Program-made: the position numbers and the translations under genes
Shown here: piece by piece, positions 27,982 through 38,103 of the stretch
How positions within the stretch are numbered: position 1 is the stretch's first letter
How the letters are laid out: the number at the start of each line of letters is the position of its first letter
Notes under the pieces: model-generated
Database searches by the model: none
What the model saw: only the letters and a program-made list of their open reading frames with translations
What the model was told of the DNA's origin: nothing
NCBI GenBank assembly: GCA_964625945.1
Contig: CAZVDP010000007.1
Coordinates: 6,135 to 70,134, forward strand
Length of the DNA: 64,000 nucleotides
DNA from: an uncultured Dehalococcoidia bacterium
GTDB lineage: Bacteria > Chloroflexota > Dehalococcoidia > Lucifugimonadales > UBA1127
Reading direction: 5' to 3'

Positions 27982-29886
27982 TCACACAGTCGAAATAATG
28001 GCTAAAGAATCGCCTCGACTCACTTTCGTGCCTGAATCAAAACAAAGCTGCTTAACGACTCCGTCTACAGGAGACGGGAGGGCATTCTCCATTTTCATCG
28101 CTTCCAATACTACTACCGGCTCACCTTTTTTCACTGTCTGCCCTTCCTCTACAAGGTATCGAACCACGACACCAGGCATAGGAGCCGCAACCGGCGTCCC
28201 ATCCATAGGAACTTGTGGTGATGTCGTTGGAGCGCTGTTGCCCGCGGCAGGAGCAGGATTGGGTTGCACAATAGGTTGTCCAACGACGTTACTCGCAGAT
28301 CCAGCATTCTTCGGCGAGCCGTTACCAGCATCTCGAACACCAGCGTCAGCGGGATCAACCGTAACTTGGAATGATCGGTCGCCGACATAGATGTTAAACG
28401 TTCGCGCCTGAGAGGAAACCGCGGTCCCAATTGGGGCCATCGAAGGAGCTTCTGGAACAGGAGCCGCTGCCCCACTAGCAGCCTCAGGGTTTGGATCTAA
28501 TCCATATTTGACCCTGAGGAACTTCTTTCCGGTCACCGGATAAAGAGCATAGATCAGCACATCCCCGATATCTCGAGCGAGTCCATCCGTCGCCGCTTTA
28601 GCAGCACTTAGTTCCGGTTCCAAGATGTCCGAGGGGCGCCCGGAAATCGGCTCCGATCCCAACGAGTAACCATCCAGAGCCCGATCAGTAAGTTCAGGAT
28701 CTATCGGCAACGGAGGACGCCCGTATAAACCATATATATAATCCTTGACCTGGTCCGTGATACTTTCCCAACGACCAAATAGCACATTGTTGACAGCCTG
28801 TGCAGCCAATATTTGGCTGGTCGGAGTTACCAATGGGGGTGTCCCCAGTTCGCGTCGAGTCCGCGGCAGTTCCTCCAGAACTTCCGGTAGGCGATCCAAC
28901 GCCTCTAATTCACGTAGCTGCGATGTTAAGTTGCTAATCATACCGCCAGGTACTTGATGGACGAGAGCGCCCGGATCAACTACCGCTAACTTTCCACCTG
29001 TGATATGAGGTTTTAGCTGGTCACCAAGACCTTCAAGGTATCCCCCTAAGTCCAGTAATTGATTCAAGTCCAACCCTGTATCTCGTGGTGCACCACGTAA
29101 CGCAATGACCAACGATTCGACCGCAGGCTGAGAAGTTCTCATTGCGAATGGTGCCAAGCAAGCGTCCAGAACGTCTACTCCAGCTTCCACAGCTTTTAAA
29201 GCCGTCATTGATGCCATGCCAGTGGTGTAGTGTGTATGAAGCTGGACGGGAACATTCAAGTCTTTTTTAAGTGCCTCTATTATCACGAAAGCATCGTACG
29301 GTGCCAGAATCCCAGCCATGTCCTTCAGGCAGATGCTGTCAGCGCCCATGCTCTCTAAAATTTTGGCTTTCTCCCGAAAATATTCGAGATTAAAAACCGG
29401 CCCCCCAAGCCGTCCTTCATCCGTAACGGAATAGCACACGGCAAGTTGCACATGCTTTCCAGTCGCTTTAGCAGCTCGCGTTGCTGTTTCCAAGTTCCGC
29501 TCATCATTCAACGCGTCAAAGATCCGGAAAATATCGACGCCAGAGTCAGCTGCATGTTGTACGAACGCCTCAACCACATCGTCAGGGTAATGCCGATATC
29601 CAACTAGATTCTGACCTCTCAACAACATTTGAAGAGGGGTATCCGGGAGAAGCTTCTTGAGAATTCTGGCACGTTCCCATGGGTCTTCAAAGAGGAAACG
29701 TGTCGAAACATCAAATGTCGCCCCACCCCATACCTCCATAGAGTGGAAACCTATCTTCCCCATGGCCTCAGCTATGGGTTCCATGTCCTTTGTACGCAGG
29801 CGGGTGGCCGCTATGCTCTGATGCCCATCCCGAAAGGTGGTATCTGTTATCTTGAGCCGTTTTGCCGAATTCGCAGTTGTTGGCAT
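27982..29886 (-). CDS. Pyruvate/oxaloacetate carboxyltransferase (5S / OadA / PycB type) fused to a C-terminal biotinyl carrier domain
   Basis: It has 'ITDTTFRDGHQS' and an HMGL-like TIM barrel, then a Pro/Ala-rich linker. The C-terminal 'LEAMKMEN' carries the biotinyl-lysine motif. The track ORF starts at 29958, but ATG 29886 has AGGAGG 10 nt upstream. Confidence 0.85.
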   Translation of the reverse strand: MPTTANSAKRLKITDTTFRDGHQSIAATRLRTKDMEPIAEAMGKIGFHSMEVWGGATFDVSTRFLFEDPWERARILKKLLPDTPLQMLLRGQNLVGYRHYPDDVVEAFVQHAADSGVDIFRIFDALNDERNLETATRAAKATGKHVQLAVCYSVTDEGRLGGPVFNLEYFREKAKILESMGADSICLKDMAGILAPYDAFVIIEALKKDLNVPVQLHTHYTTGMASMTALKAVEAGVDVLDACLAPFAMRTSQPAVESLVIALRGAPRDTGLDLNQLLDLGGYLEGLGDQLKPHITGGKLAVVDPGALVHQVPGGMISNLTSQLRELEALDRLPEVLEELPRTRRELGTPPLVTPTSQILAAQAVNNVLFGRWESITDQVKDYIYGLYGRPPLPIDPELTDRALDGYSLGSEPISGRPSDILEPELSAAKAATDGLARDIGDVLIYALYPVTGKKFLRVKYGLDPNPEAASGAAAPVPEAPSMAPIGTAVSSQARTFNIYVGDRSFQVTVDPADAGVRDAGNGSPKNAGSASNVVGQPIVQPNPAPAAGNSAPTTSPQVPMDGTPVAAPMPGVVVRYLVEEGQTVKKGEPVVVLEAMKMENALPSPVDGVVKQLCFDSGTKVSRGDSLAIISTV

Positions 29887-29972
29887 CCTGGTTTTGCCTC
29901 CTGAATCAAATCGAATGTCCGACGGGCTATTCTTTCCGCACGCGGACAGTAGTTTCAAGCATTCTAGCCTAA

Positions 29973-31586
29973 CTAAAGAGGTATACTACCATGCTTCTTA
30001 TGTGGCAACACATCTCTTTTGTCTTCAAGCATCGAAAGTGCCCGGATTATTTTCCATCTGGTTTCAGCGGGATCAATCACCTCATCTAGGTATCCACGAC
30101 TGGCAGCCACATACGGACTAGCAAATTTTTCGCGATATTCAGCAATTAGACGGGCTCTCGTCAGTTCCGAGTCCTCGGCATTCTTCAAAGCATCCCTATA
30201 GACGATATTAACTGCACCATCAGGGCCCATTACTGCCAACTCAGCACTCGGCCAAGCATAGTTTATATCCCCGCGAAGATGCTTACTGCTCATAACAATG
30301 TATGCTCCCCCATAGGCCTTTCGCGTAATCACACTAACCTTGGGAACCGTAGCCTCCGCGTACGCATATATAAGTTTTGCTCCATGCTTAATAATGCCGC
30401 GATGCTCTTGATCAACACCAGGCATGAACCCAGGAACATCGATGAAAGTGACAACCGGAATATTAAATGCGTCGCAAAACCGGACAAATCGAGCCGCTTT
30501 GATTGACGCATCGATATCTAGCACGCCAGCCAAATATAGAGGCTGTTGTGCCACTAAACCAATAGTATTACCATTCATCCGAGCATACGCCACGATAATG
30601 TTGGGCGCATAGTGCTCATGCACCTCCATGAAATCGCCCTCGTCGACAACCATGCGAATAACATCTTTCATGTCGTACGGTTGCGTAGAGTCAGACGGTA
30701 CCACCAAGCGAAGCTCTGATTTCGTCGCTTCAAGATCACCTGCGACAGCCATCCGAGGAGGATCCTCTGCATTATTCCTCGGCAAGAAACCGACGAGTCG
30801 ACGCACCTGTTTTAGACACTCTTCTTCACCTTCAAAAGCGAAGTGAGCCACGCCACTAGTAGTCGTGTGCGCTTCGGCGCCTCCTAGTTCTTGATGAGTG
30901 ACCTCTTCTCCAGTCACTGCCTTGATCACGTCCGGCCCAGTGATATACATCTGGCCTTGACCACGAACCATAAAAATAAAGTCAGTCAGAGCCGGGGAAT
31001 ATACTCCTCCTCCTGCAGCTGGACCCATCATCACCGAGATTTGCGGAACTACTCCAGAAGCGAGGGTATTACGAAGGAAAATGTCGCCATACCCCTTTAA
31101 ACTATCGACACCCTCTTGGATACGGGCGCCCCCAGAGTCGACCAAACCTATAACGGGGGACCCAACTTTCATGGCCAAGTCCATGATCTTGCAAATCTTG
31201 GCGCCAACGACTTCTGAAAGCGAACCTCCCATAACTGTGAAGTCTTGAGAAAACACAAACACTAGACGTCCATCGATGAGCCCGTGACCTGTAACAACGG
31301 CATCCCCAAGAATCTTCTGATCAGCTAGTCCGAACTCGGTCGCTCGATGAGTCGCCAAGCTATCTAACTCCTCAAAGGAATCAGCATCTAAAAGGATCGC
31401 AATACGTTCTCTTGCTGTTAATTTGCCGCGCGCGTGCTGCTGTTCGATCCTCCGCTCACCACCACCAAGACTAGCTTCATGGCGCATTCCCGCCAGAGCT
31501 TCTAGGGCTCGATCGGCTCCTGGGTTCGTGGTCACTTCCTGAAACTCCTTAGCTATACTAGACGTTGTCTGATTAGGATTTCCCAT
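29973..31586 (-). CDS. Acyl-CoA carboxyltransferase (methylmalonyl-CoA carboxyltransferase 12S / propionyl-CoA carboxylase beta type)
   Basis: It has the duplicated crotonase-like CT fold with 'GGARIQEG', 'MGPAAGGGVYSPALTDF', 'TFIDVPGFMPG' and 'AYGGAY'. Confidence 0.88.
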   Translation of the reverse strand: MGNPNQTTSSIAKEFQEVTTNPGADRALEALAGMRHEASLGGGERRIEQQHARGKLTARERIAILLDADSFEELDSLATHRATEFGLADQKILGDAVVTGHGLIDGRLVFVFSQDFTVMGGSLSEVVGAKICKIMDLAMKVGSPVIGLVDSGGARIQEGVDSLKGYGDIFLRNTLASGVVPQISVMMGPAAGGGVYSPALTDFIFMVRGQGQMYITGPDVIKAVTGEEVTHQELGGAEAHTTTSGVAHFAFEGEEECLKQVRRLVGFLPRNNAEDPPRMAVAGDLEATKSELRLVVPSDSTQPYDMKDVIRMVVDEGDFMEVHEHYAPNIIVAYARMNGNTIGLVAQQPLYLAGVLDIDASIKAARFVRFCDAFNIPVVTFIDVPGFMPGVDQEHRGIIKHGAKLIYAYAEATVPKVSVITRKAYGGAYIVMSSKHLRGDINYAWPSAELAVMGPDGAVNIVYRDALKNAEDSELTRARLIAEYREKFASPYVAASRGYLDEVIDPAETRWKIIRALSMLEDKRDVLPHKKHGSIPL

Positions 31587-31732
31587 GCTAGCATGGCAGG
31601 CAAGTGACGCGCAACAAAAAGCACCTTACGGTCAGTCATGACAACTCATGCTAACTCTTGACAATACCCTGACAGCCCAGTAGGTTGTTTTCACCATATT
31701 AGAGTAGATCTTCGGACAGTTGGGACCCAAGT

Positions 31733-32443
31733 ATGAGCAACCGAGACGTACCACAAAGCATCTTGACTCGATACGAAAACGTGAGTACCGCAACCATATA
31801 CACGTCCTTAAGTATTAACCAAGGGATTCGCTGTTTCCTCGAAGGTGTTCAACCCATGACCCCAGGTCGAAAAATGGCGGCGCGGGCACGGACTCTTCGT
31901 TGCCTACCACCACGCCCTGACTTCTATGAACAAGTCACAGACGGCGAAAATTCTCCAGAGTACCGAGCTATGGCCCTGTGTGGCCCCGGAGACGCACTGG
32001 TCGTAGACTTTATGCGGTGGCCTTATGCTACTGACCTAGGAGATGTGAAGCTGCTTCAGCTGCAAATGCAAGGTGCCAGCGGGTTTGTAACAGACGGGGC
32101 TATAAGAGACCTTGATGTAATCTCGACTTACGGCTTCCCAATATTCGCCCAGGCTCGGACTCCAAGCGCTTTGGAATATGGAAAGGCATTTGAAGAAAAC
32201 GTCCCTATCCAGTGCGCGGGAATCCTAGTAATGCCTGGCGACCTTGTAATCGGCGACAACGATGGAGTAGTCGTCGTACCAGCAGATCTCGCAGAATCGG
32301 TGCTCGATTGGGTAGAAGAGCATGAAAGCGCCGAGGAACACGTAAAGAGACGCATCCTAGAAACAAACTCTAATCCCGGCAAGTTCTATCCTCCCACCGA
32401 CGAACTCAAAGAGGAGCTTCGCCGCCAAAATAGCAGCAGCTAA
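31733..32443 (+). CDS. RraA-family protein (second long-form paralog)
   Basis: It has 'GDALVVD...GFVTDGAIRDL...GDLVIGDNDGVVVVP' and is collinear with 1041..1793. Confidence 0.75.
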   Translation: MSNRDVPQSILTRYENVSTATIYTSLSINQGIRCFLEGVQPMTPGRKMAARARTLRCLPPRPDFYEQVTDGENSPEYRAMALCGPGDALVVDFMRWPYATDLGDVKLLQLQMQGASGFVTDGAIRDLDVISTYGFPIFAQARTPSALEYGKAFEENVPIQCAGILVMPGDLVIGDNDGVVVVPADLAESVLDWVEEHESAEEHVKRRILETNSNPGKFYPPTDELKEELRRQNSSS

Positions 32444-32532
32444 GCAGAAGTTCTAAAATTCTACCTAGCTGGCAATCGTGCTCTGATGTTATGTTAAACT
32501 GATTCCATTCAAATGGACGGTGTCGTGTCGAA

Positions 32533-33432
32533 ATGAAAACCCACGTCAACAGTTTTCTAAACTATTTGTCTATTGAGAAGGGCTTCTCTGGAAACACTAT
32601 TGTCGCCTACCGTAATGACCTTTATAGTCTCGCAACTTTTCTCGATCAAAAATTCAGTTACTCCGCTTGGAAAGACCTTACGACCGACGCGCTTAGTGAA
32701 TTCGTTCTTGACCTACAATCTCGCGAATATTCCCGCACAACAATTGCCCGCAAAATTGCTTCGGTCAAGTCATTCTTTTCCTTCCTAATCCACGAAGGCT
32801 TGATGAGCTCGGACCCTAGTGAAACAATTCGATCCCCACGAATAGGACGGTCCATACCTAAAGCTTTATCAGAAAAGCAAGTGGAAAGACTACTCCAATC
32901 TCCCATGGCACTGAAAGATCCGGAACGCTCACGCGACAAAGCAATGCTAGAACTTCTCTACGCAACAGGTATACGAGTCACTGAATTAGTATCATTAGAC
33001 TTGCACGACCTTGATCTAGCACAAGGAATAGTCCGATGCCGAGGCAAAGGTGGCAAGGAAAGAATAGTCCCTTACCACGAGACTGCTTGGGAGGCCCTCG
33101 ATGAATACCTAGGCGTGGCGCGTCCAACCTTGCTACGACAAAAGAGGGACGAATCGGCTCTGTTCCTAAACCAAAGGGGAGATAGGCTAACGCGCCAGGG
33201 TTTCTGGCTCATCCTAAAGGCTCACGCGTCCCGCGCTGGCATAGATGCCTCTGTAACCCCTCACACTATCCGCCATAGCTTTGCGACACATATGCTTCGT
33301 GGAGGAGCTTCGCTGCGACAGGTCCAAGAGTTCCTAGGACATGCGAGTGTAGCAACCACACAAGTCTACACTCACTTGACGAATGAACACGTTCAATCCG
33401 AATACGATCGCACCCATCCTCGAGCGGACTAA
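32533..33432 (+). CDS. xerD: Tyrosine recombinase XerD-like
   Basis: The N-terminus has 'FLNYLSIEKGFSGNTIVAYRNDL'. The catalytic region has 'LLYATGIRVTELVSL', 'GKGGKERIVP', 'HTIRHSFATHML' and 'LGHASVATTQVYTH'. Confidence 0.85.
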   Translation: MKTHVNSFLNYLSIEKGFSGNTIVAYRNDLYSLATFLDQKFSYSAWKDLTTDALSEFVLDLQSREYSRTTIARKIASVKSFFSFLIHEGLMSSDPSETIRSPRIGRSIPKALSEKQVERLLQSPMALKDPERSRDKAMLELLYATGIRVTELVSLDLHDLDLAQGIVRCRGKGGKERIVPYHETAWEALDEYLGVARPTLLRQKRDESALFLNQRGDRLTRQGFWLILKAHASRAGIDASVTPHTIRHSFATHMLRGGASLRQVQEFLGHASVATTQVYTHLTNEHVQSEYDRTHPRAD

Positions 33433-33482
33433 CAGTAACATCCTTGCCAGAACCAACTACCTGACCTGCGACAGGAGGTGAA

Positions 33483-33638
33483 ATGCCAATCATCACCATC
33501 AATGGACAGGTCGGGACGGGCGTAGTAGTGGAGCCCAATGACCAAACGCTCTACCACGTCACCGTAACCCCTGAGTTTCTGGGAGTAGAGAATCCAGCAA
33601 CGCCGGTTACCTCCGCTTTACATAGATTGGCTTGGTGA
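33483..33638 (+). CDS. Possible small protein (51 aa), absent from the ORF track (below its size cutoff)
   Basis: AGGAGGTG lies 5 nt before ATG 33483, and the frame is open to TGA at 33636-33638. No homology was recognised. Confidence 0.3.
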   Translation: MPIITINGQVGTGVVVEPNDQTLYHVTVTPEFLGVENPATPVTSALHRLAW

Positions 33639-33700
33639 CAAAGTTCGGTTAATATCATAGAGTGTTCATCCTAAAACATTAAAACCGGAGGTCGAGGACC

Positions 33701-34021
33701 ATGCCTAAAGGGTCTCGGAATCCTAGCGCCAAACAACGAACCGAACGCCGTCGTCGCAGAGACTCCGGCGCATCCATACAGCATACGCCTTCTAGAACAA
33801 CGCTTAGTTCGATCCCAGAAACCTTACCGCAACAGGACGAACCTAGTGACCAAACTCTGCCTACTGTTACCCCGGTCAAACCGATTCGTTCCATGCCTCA
33901 AAACAGGTCACCTTGGACTCCAGCTTACAATCAGGTACTCATGGGAGAGCTTAAGCGTATTGGTTTGACCTCCAGTGTGGTTCTCGTTGCGTTGGTAAGC
34001 CTAGTACTATTCCTGAGATAA
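33701..34021 (+). CDS. Hypothetical protein with a basic N-terminus and a C-terminal TM anchor
   Basis: GGAGG lies 9 nt before the ATG. The N-terminus is Arg-rich and the C-terminal hydrophobic segment is 'SSVVLVALVSLVLFL'. Confidence 0.45.
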   Translation: MPKGSRNPSAKQRTERRRRRDSGASIQHTPSRTTLSSIPETLPQQDEPSDQTLPTVTPVKPIRSMPQNRSPWTPAYNQVLMGELKRIGLTSSVVLVALVSLVLFLR

Positions 34022-34036
34022 CTGAGCTAATACCCA

Positions 34037-35917
34037 ATGGTTCCGAACGACGTACTCAAGCAAAGACTAGCAGCCATTCCAGAGGAGCCAGGAGTATATC
34101 TTTTCCGAGATCAGTCCGCGAGATTCCTTTATGTAGGAAAATCGAATTCTCTCCGACCAAGGGTCCGGTCCTATTTCGGTAATCAATCTAATCTTCCTCC
34201 AAAAATCCAGAGAATGATAAAAAATGCCGCGGACTTCGAATTCTTCGTAACGGACTCTGAAACCGAGGCTCTAATTCTTGAGAATACTCTCATCAAGCGC
34301 CACCGGCCTCCCTACAATACCCGTCTCCTGGATGACAAAACCTATCCTTACATCAAAATCGACCTTTCCCAACCATTTCCTTTGGTCTCACTCACGCGTA
34401 GAGTTCTGAATGACGAAGCTCGCTATTTTGGACCATTCGCTAGTGCTCTTTCGGTTCGTCGAACCCTAGACCTCCTAAAGAAGCTTTTCCCGTATCGATC
34501 GTGCACAAAGGTCATTACCGGAAAAGATCAACGACCTTGCCTGGAATATTTCATCAACCGATGCATCGCACCCTGTGCCGGATACGCTAGTGAATCCGAA
34601 TACCAAACTGTCATCCAACAGGTTGTTTTGTTTCTGGAAGGAAGAACCGGTTCAGTGATCCGCCAATTGCGCCATCGTATGAAAGAAGCGTCTCGGGAAC
34701 TTGCGTACGAGCGAGCCGCATTGCTTCGCGATCAAATTTCGGCCATTAACCGCGTCAACGAAGAACAGAAAGTCTTCTCGACCAAGCCCGAAGACATGGA
34801 TGTCATTGCTTCCGCGGAAGGGAATATGGAAGCATGCGTCCAAGTCTTCTTTATTCGAGGAGGGAAACTCATTGGAAGAGATCAGTTCACGATGGTTGGA
34901 ACCGAATGGGATTGTAAGACCCACATTCTGAGCCGTTTCTTAGGCCAGTTCTACGAAAGAGCATCTTTCATTCCACCAGTTATTCTGGTTCAGGAAGAAT
35001 TAGATGATCCTCGGTTGATCGAAGCAGTACTGACTGAAAAGCGCGGGGCAAGAGTGAGATTACGAGTACCCACTAGAGGAAAAAGGCGACGTTTACTAGA
35101 GATGGTGGCTGAGAATGCTCTTCAAGGTCTAAAGATTGCTCAGATTAAGAGAATCTCACAAAAGGGCTCTCCGATAAAGACATTGGAAGCTCTCCAGGAA
35201 GCTTTACATCTCCCTCGACTCCCTCGCCGCATTGAATGCTATGACATCTCGAACATTCAGGGCCAAGATCCAGTGGGTAGCATGATAGTGTTCGTAGACG
35301 GACTACCTAAGAAAACACATTACCGTCGATTCAAAGTCCGAGGAGTAGAATCAATCGATGATTACGCCATGATGCGCGAAGTCTTGACCCGACGGTTCAC
35401 ACGCTTCAATCAAGGACGGAAAGCATCCGAACCGTCGGAGAATTCTCAGCCATCAAGACAACTAGTCTGGGAAATACTCCCAGATGTGGTCTTGATCGAC
35501 GGGGGCAAAGGACATCTGAATGCTGCTCATCAGGCACTCCTAGAACTAGGTGTGACCGATGATAAGGTCCCATTGATATCCATCGCTAAGCGGAACGAAG
35601 AACTTTTTGTCGTAGATGACCCTGACCCGATCGTACTAAACGATGACGACCCAGTCCTGTTCCTCCTCCAACGGGCTCGAGACGAAGCGCATCGTTTCGC
35701 CATTGGGTATCATAGGAAACTTCGATCTCGACGATCCACCAAGTCACGTCTAGACGATATTAGAGGAATAGGGCCAAACAAAAAGAAAGCGCTGATTTCC
35801 CACTTCGGTTCAATAGAGGGAATCCGAAAAGCATCCGAAGCCGAGGTCAAACGCGTCACGGGGATTACGCCTGAGATGGCAACAAGAATCAAGGACTGGA
35901 TTACAGATGAGCCGTGA
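34037..35917 (+). CDS. uvrC: Excinuclease ABC subunit C
   Basis: It has the GIY-YIG 'GVYLFRD...LYVGKS', a UVR domain, an RNase H-like endonuclease domain and a C-terminal (HhH)2 'IRGIGPNKKKALI'. Confidence 0.93.
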   Translation: MVPNDVLKQRLAAIPEEPGVYLFRDQSARFLYVGKSNSLRPRVRSYFGNQSNLPPKIQRMIKNAADFEFFVTDSETEALILENTLIKRHRPPYNTRLLDDKTYPYIKIDLSQPFPLVSLTRRVLNDEARYFGPFASALSVRRTLDLLKKLFPYRSCTKVITGKDQRPCLEYFINRCIAPCAGYASESEYQTVIQQVVLFLEGRTGSVIRQLRHRMKEASRELAYERAALLRDQISAINRVNEEQKVFSTKPEDMDVIASAEGNMEACVQVFFIRGGKLIGRDQFTMVGTEWDCKTHILSRFLGQFYERASFIPPVILVQEELDDPRLIEAVLTEKRGARVRLRVPTRGKRRRLLEMVAENALQGLKIAQIKRISQKGSPIKTLEALQEALHLPRLPRRIECYDISNIQGQDPVGSMIVFVDGLPKKTHYRRFKVRGVESIDDYAMMREVLTRRFTRFNQGRKASEPSENSQPSRQLVWEILPDVVLIDGGKGHLNAAHQALLELGVTDDKVPLISIAKRNEELFVVDDPDPIVLNDDDPVLFLLQRARDEAHRFAIGYHRKLRSRRSTKSRLDDIRGIGPNKKKALISHFGSIEGIRKASEAEVKRVTGITPEMATRIKDWITDEP

Positions 35918-35932
35918 CAGATGCGGAATACA

Positions 35933-36424
35933 TCAATTTTCGACGCCCTCTTCAGTTACCACGGGTTCAACTCTCAAGCGAAGTCGATTACGAATCTGCC
36001 AAAGAAGCATCGACGCATCACCTCGAGGGTGAGGAGTCAAGCCACGGGATTCAAGTAGCAATCGAAGCTCTCTGAGAGATCTTATGACCGCCTTAGAACC
36101 GTCCTCCATTGTGATTTCTGGGAAGCGGTCAGTGAACCATCGTGCACGACGAACCGGTTCACGCGTAGCTTCAGCACCATCCACCAAACCCTTCTCCGGA
36201 ATTGCAGAGGGATTGCTTGTACCCGTGATTAGTCGACCCGAGTCAATAATCTCGGACTGATCATCAAGCTCTTGTCGCCGAACCTCTAAAAGGCGAGACG
36301 CCAATTTTAGGTACTCAAGAGTCTCTGGGGCTTCAAGATGGACTTCACCGATTGATACTAGGATTTTGCCAGAGTAGTTGTTAGCCATGAGAGCGATTTT
36401 AGCGTCACGAGACGACTCAGTCAA
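35933..36424 (-). CDS. Hypothetical protein
   Basis: It is a 163-aa ORF convergent with uvrC. No family was recognised. Confidence 0.45.
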   Translation of the reverse strand: MTESSRDAKIALMANNYSGKILVSIGEVHLEAPETLEYLKLASRLLEVRRQELDDQSEIIDSGRLITGTSNPSAIPEKGLVDGAEATREPVRRARWFTDRFPEITMEDGSKAVIRSLRELRLLLESRGLTPHPRGDASMLLWQIRNRLRLRVEPVVTEEGVEN

Positions 36425-36519
36425 GCACTACCCGTTTGAAGGAGACGGGATCAGCATACGCTTGCTTATTGTGACGTCTCATATGAACTTTAATGTACGC
36501 CAACCACATGGTGAATCCG

Positions 36520-37788
36520 TTACTCGACGGTCATACCTGCACGATAGAACTTCCTTAGCGTCACCACCGCGTAACTACACCCGATTACAACAACAAAGAT
36601 CACTCCGGGGATGACTAGGAGCACTGGAGCACCCAATGAGTCCGCCAAACGGCCATTCACCAAGTTAAATAAAGCCATTGAGCCCCCGATGTGCAAGTTA
36701 TTCACACTAGCAACTCTCCCACGAATGGCATCGGGAATGATTGATTGAACAACGCCCGCAAAAAGTGCCATAAACGTTGATTGAGTCGCGCCCATCACTG
36801 CCGCAGCCGCGAGTGCGGTGTATAAATTAGGACTGATTGCTAGACCAATTGGCGCAACCCCACTCAGAATCCCGAGGACTAGGAGAATTTGGCCGCGATT
36901 CGATCCATGCTGTATTCCAGAAAGTCCGATTACGCCAATTAGCGCACCCGCACCAACCGCCATCATCAAATAGGTAAATCCTCCCCCTTCCGCACCTAAC
37001 TTCTCTAGCGACAGAACTGGGAGTAACGATTCAAACGACATGGTAAGCGCACAATGAGCCACGGTTAGTAATAAAAGTGGACGTAAAAACCGATGGTGAT
37101 AAAGATAACTCAATCCTTCCAATAAGTTCTGGAGGACAGAACGCTTGATATCAATAACTCCTGCAGAATGAGTCCGTATAAACAGGACTTGAACTCCCCC
37201 AAGAGCGTACAAGACCGATGAAAGGAAGAATGTCCCGGCTACGCCCGTAGTTACCACCAGTGGAGCAATCAGAAGGGGTCCCAATAGCCGTGTTCCGTGG
37301 ACAGTAGTAGCGTTAAGGGCGATTGCGTTTAAAAGTTGATCTTTTCGCACGAGATTTGGGAGTAGCGAACTGGATGCAGGAATGAGGATGGCCCTGGATG
37401 AGCCATCTATTAACGCTAGCACTACGACATATGAGACCTGTATGTCACTTAATAACACAAGCAAGGCTAAAACTAAGTTGTGAAAGAAACTCATAGCGAA
37501 AACAGTGGTAAGTACAATCTTCCGGTTGAAGCGATCACATATTAGCCCCGCGAACGGTGACAGAAAGAAGCGAGGAATCATTGCAGCAAACGTAACCCAT
37601 CCAACCCACGCGGAGGACCCTTCCATCTCAAATACGAGCCAACCTCTCGCTACAATCAAGGCCCAATGAGCCGACCCCGCACACATACTCGCTAACCACA
37701 AAGAACGGAAATCGCGCGAGGTTAAGGAATCGAGATATTTAACTCCGACGGAACGGATTCCTTGACGGACGTTCAACACGATTGTCAT
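36520..37788 (-). CDS. MFS transporter
   Basis: It has about 12 TM segments and the MFS loop motif 'GLICDRFNRK'. Confidence 0.8.
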   Translation of the reverse strand: MTIVLNVRQGIRSVGVKYLDSLTSRDFRSLWLASMCAGSAHWALIVARGWLVFEMEGSSAWVGWVTFAAMIPRFFLSPFAGLICDRFNRKIVLTTVFAMSFFHNLVLALLVLLSDIQVSYVVVLALIDGSSRAILIPASSSLLPNLVRKDQLLNAIALNATTVHGTRLLGPLLIAPLVVTTGVAGTFFLSSVLYALGGVQVLFIRTHSAGVIDIKRSVLQNLLEGLSYLYHHRFLRPLLLLTVAHCALTMSFESLLPVLSLEKLGAEGGGFTYLMMAVGAGALIGVIGLSGIQHGSNRGQILLVLGILSGVAPIGLAISPNLYTALAAAAVMGATQSTFMALFAGVVQSIIPDAIRGRVASVNNLHIGGSMALFNLVNGRLADSLGAPVLLVIPGVIFVVVIGCSYAVVTLRKFYRAGMTVE

Positions 37789-38103
37789 ACCTTAGGTGAT
37801 ATATAAGCCTAGGCCATCCTAATACGAGGCGCTGGTAGTTACTAGTGGGATGGGTAAGATAAAACGAAGTGCCGACGGGTAAAAGTCACTAGTCACCTTA
37901 TCTTTACTTTGCGTGCAATATCGCTCGCGTGTTTGTTGCTGATCCATGTACCTTTGGCTAATCCCCAATGGCGTTATGTAAAACCGATAGATGCCTCCCT
38001 CACCTAGTCCACGTCTATTCACACCACGATCCCGACAGAAAGAAGGTGCTTAGACCATAACTGCTCTGTTATACTTTCGTCGTTAACTGGCGGGAGAGCA
38101 CCT

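Noticed and set aside
28150-28480. A Pro/Ala/Gly-rich low-complexity stretch could be a repeat element.
   Set aside because: It is the flexible linker between the carboxyltransferase domain and the biotinyl domain of the 5S-type protein, as is typical for biotin enzymes. It is not a DNA-level tandem repeat.
32533-33432. The tyrosine recombinase could be a marker of an integrated mobile element.
   Set aside because: Its N-terminal and catalytic motifs match chromosomal XerD-type dimer-resolution recombinases. The neighbours are housekeeping genes, with no phage or IS genes or flanking repeats.
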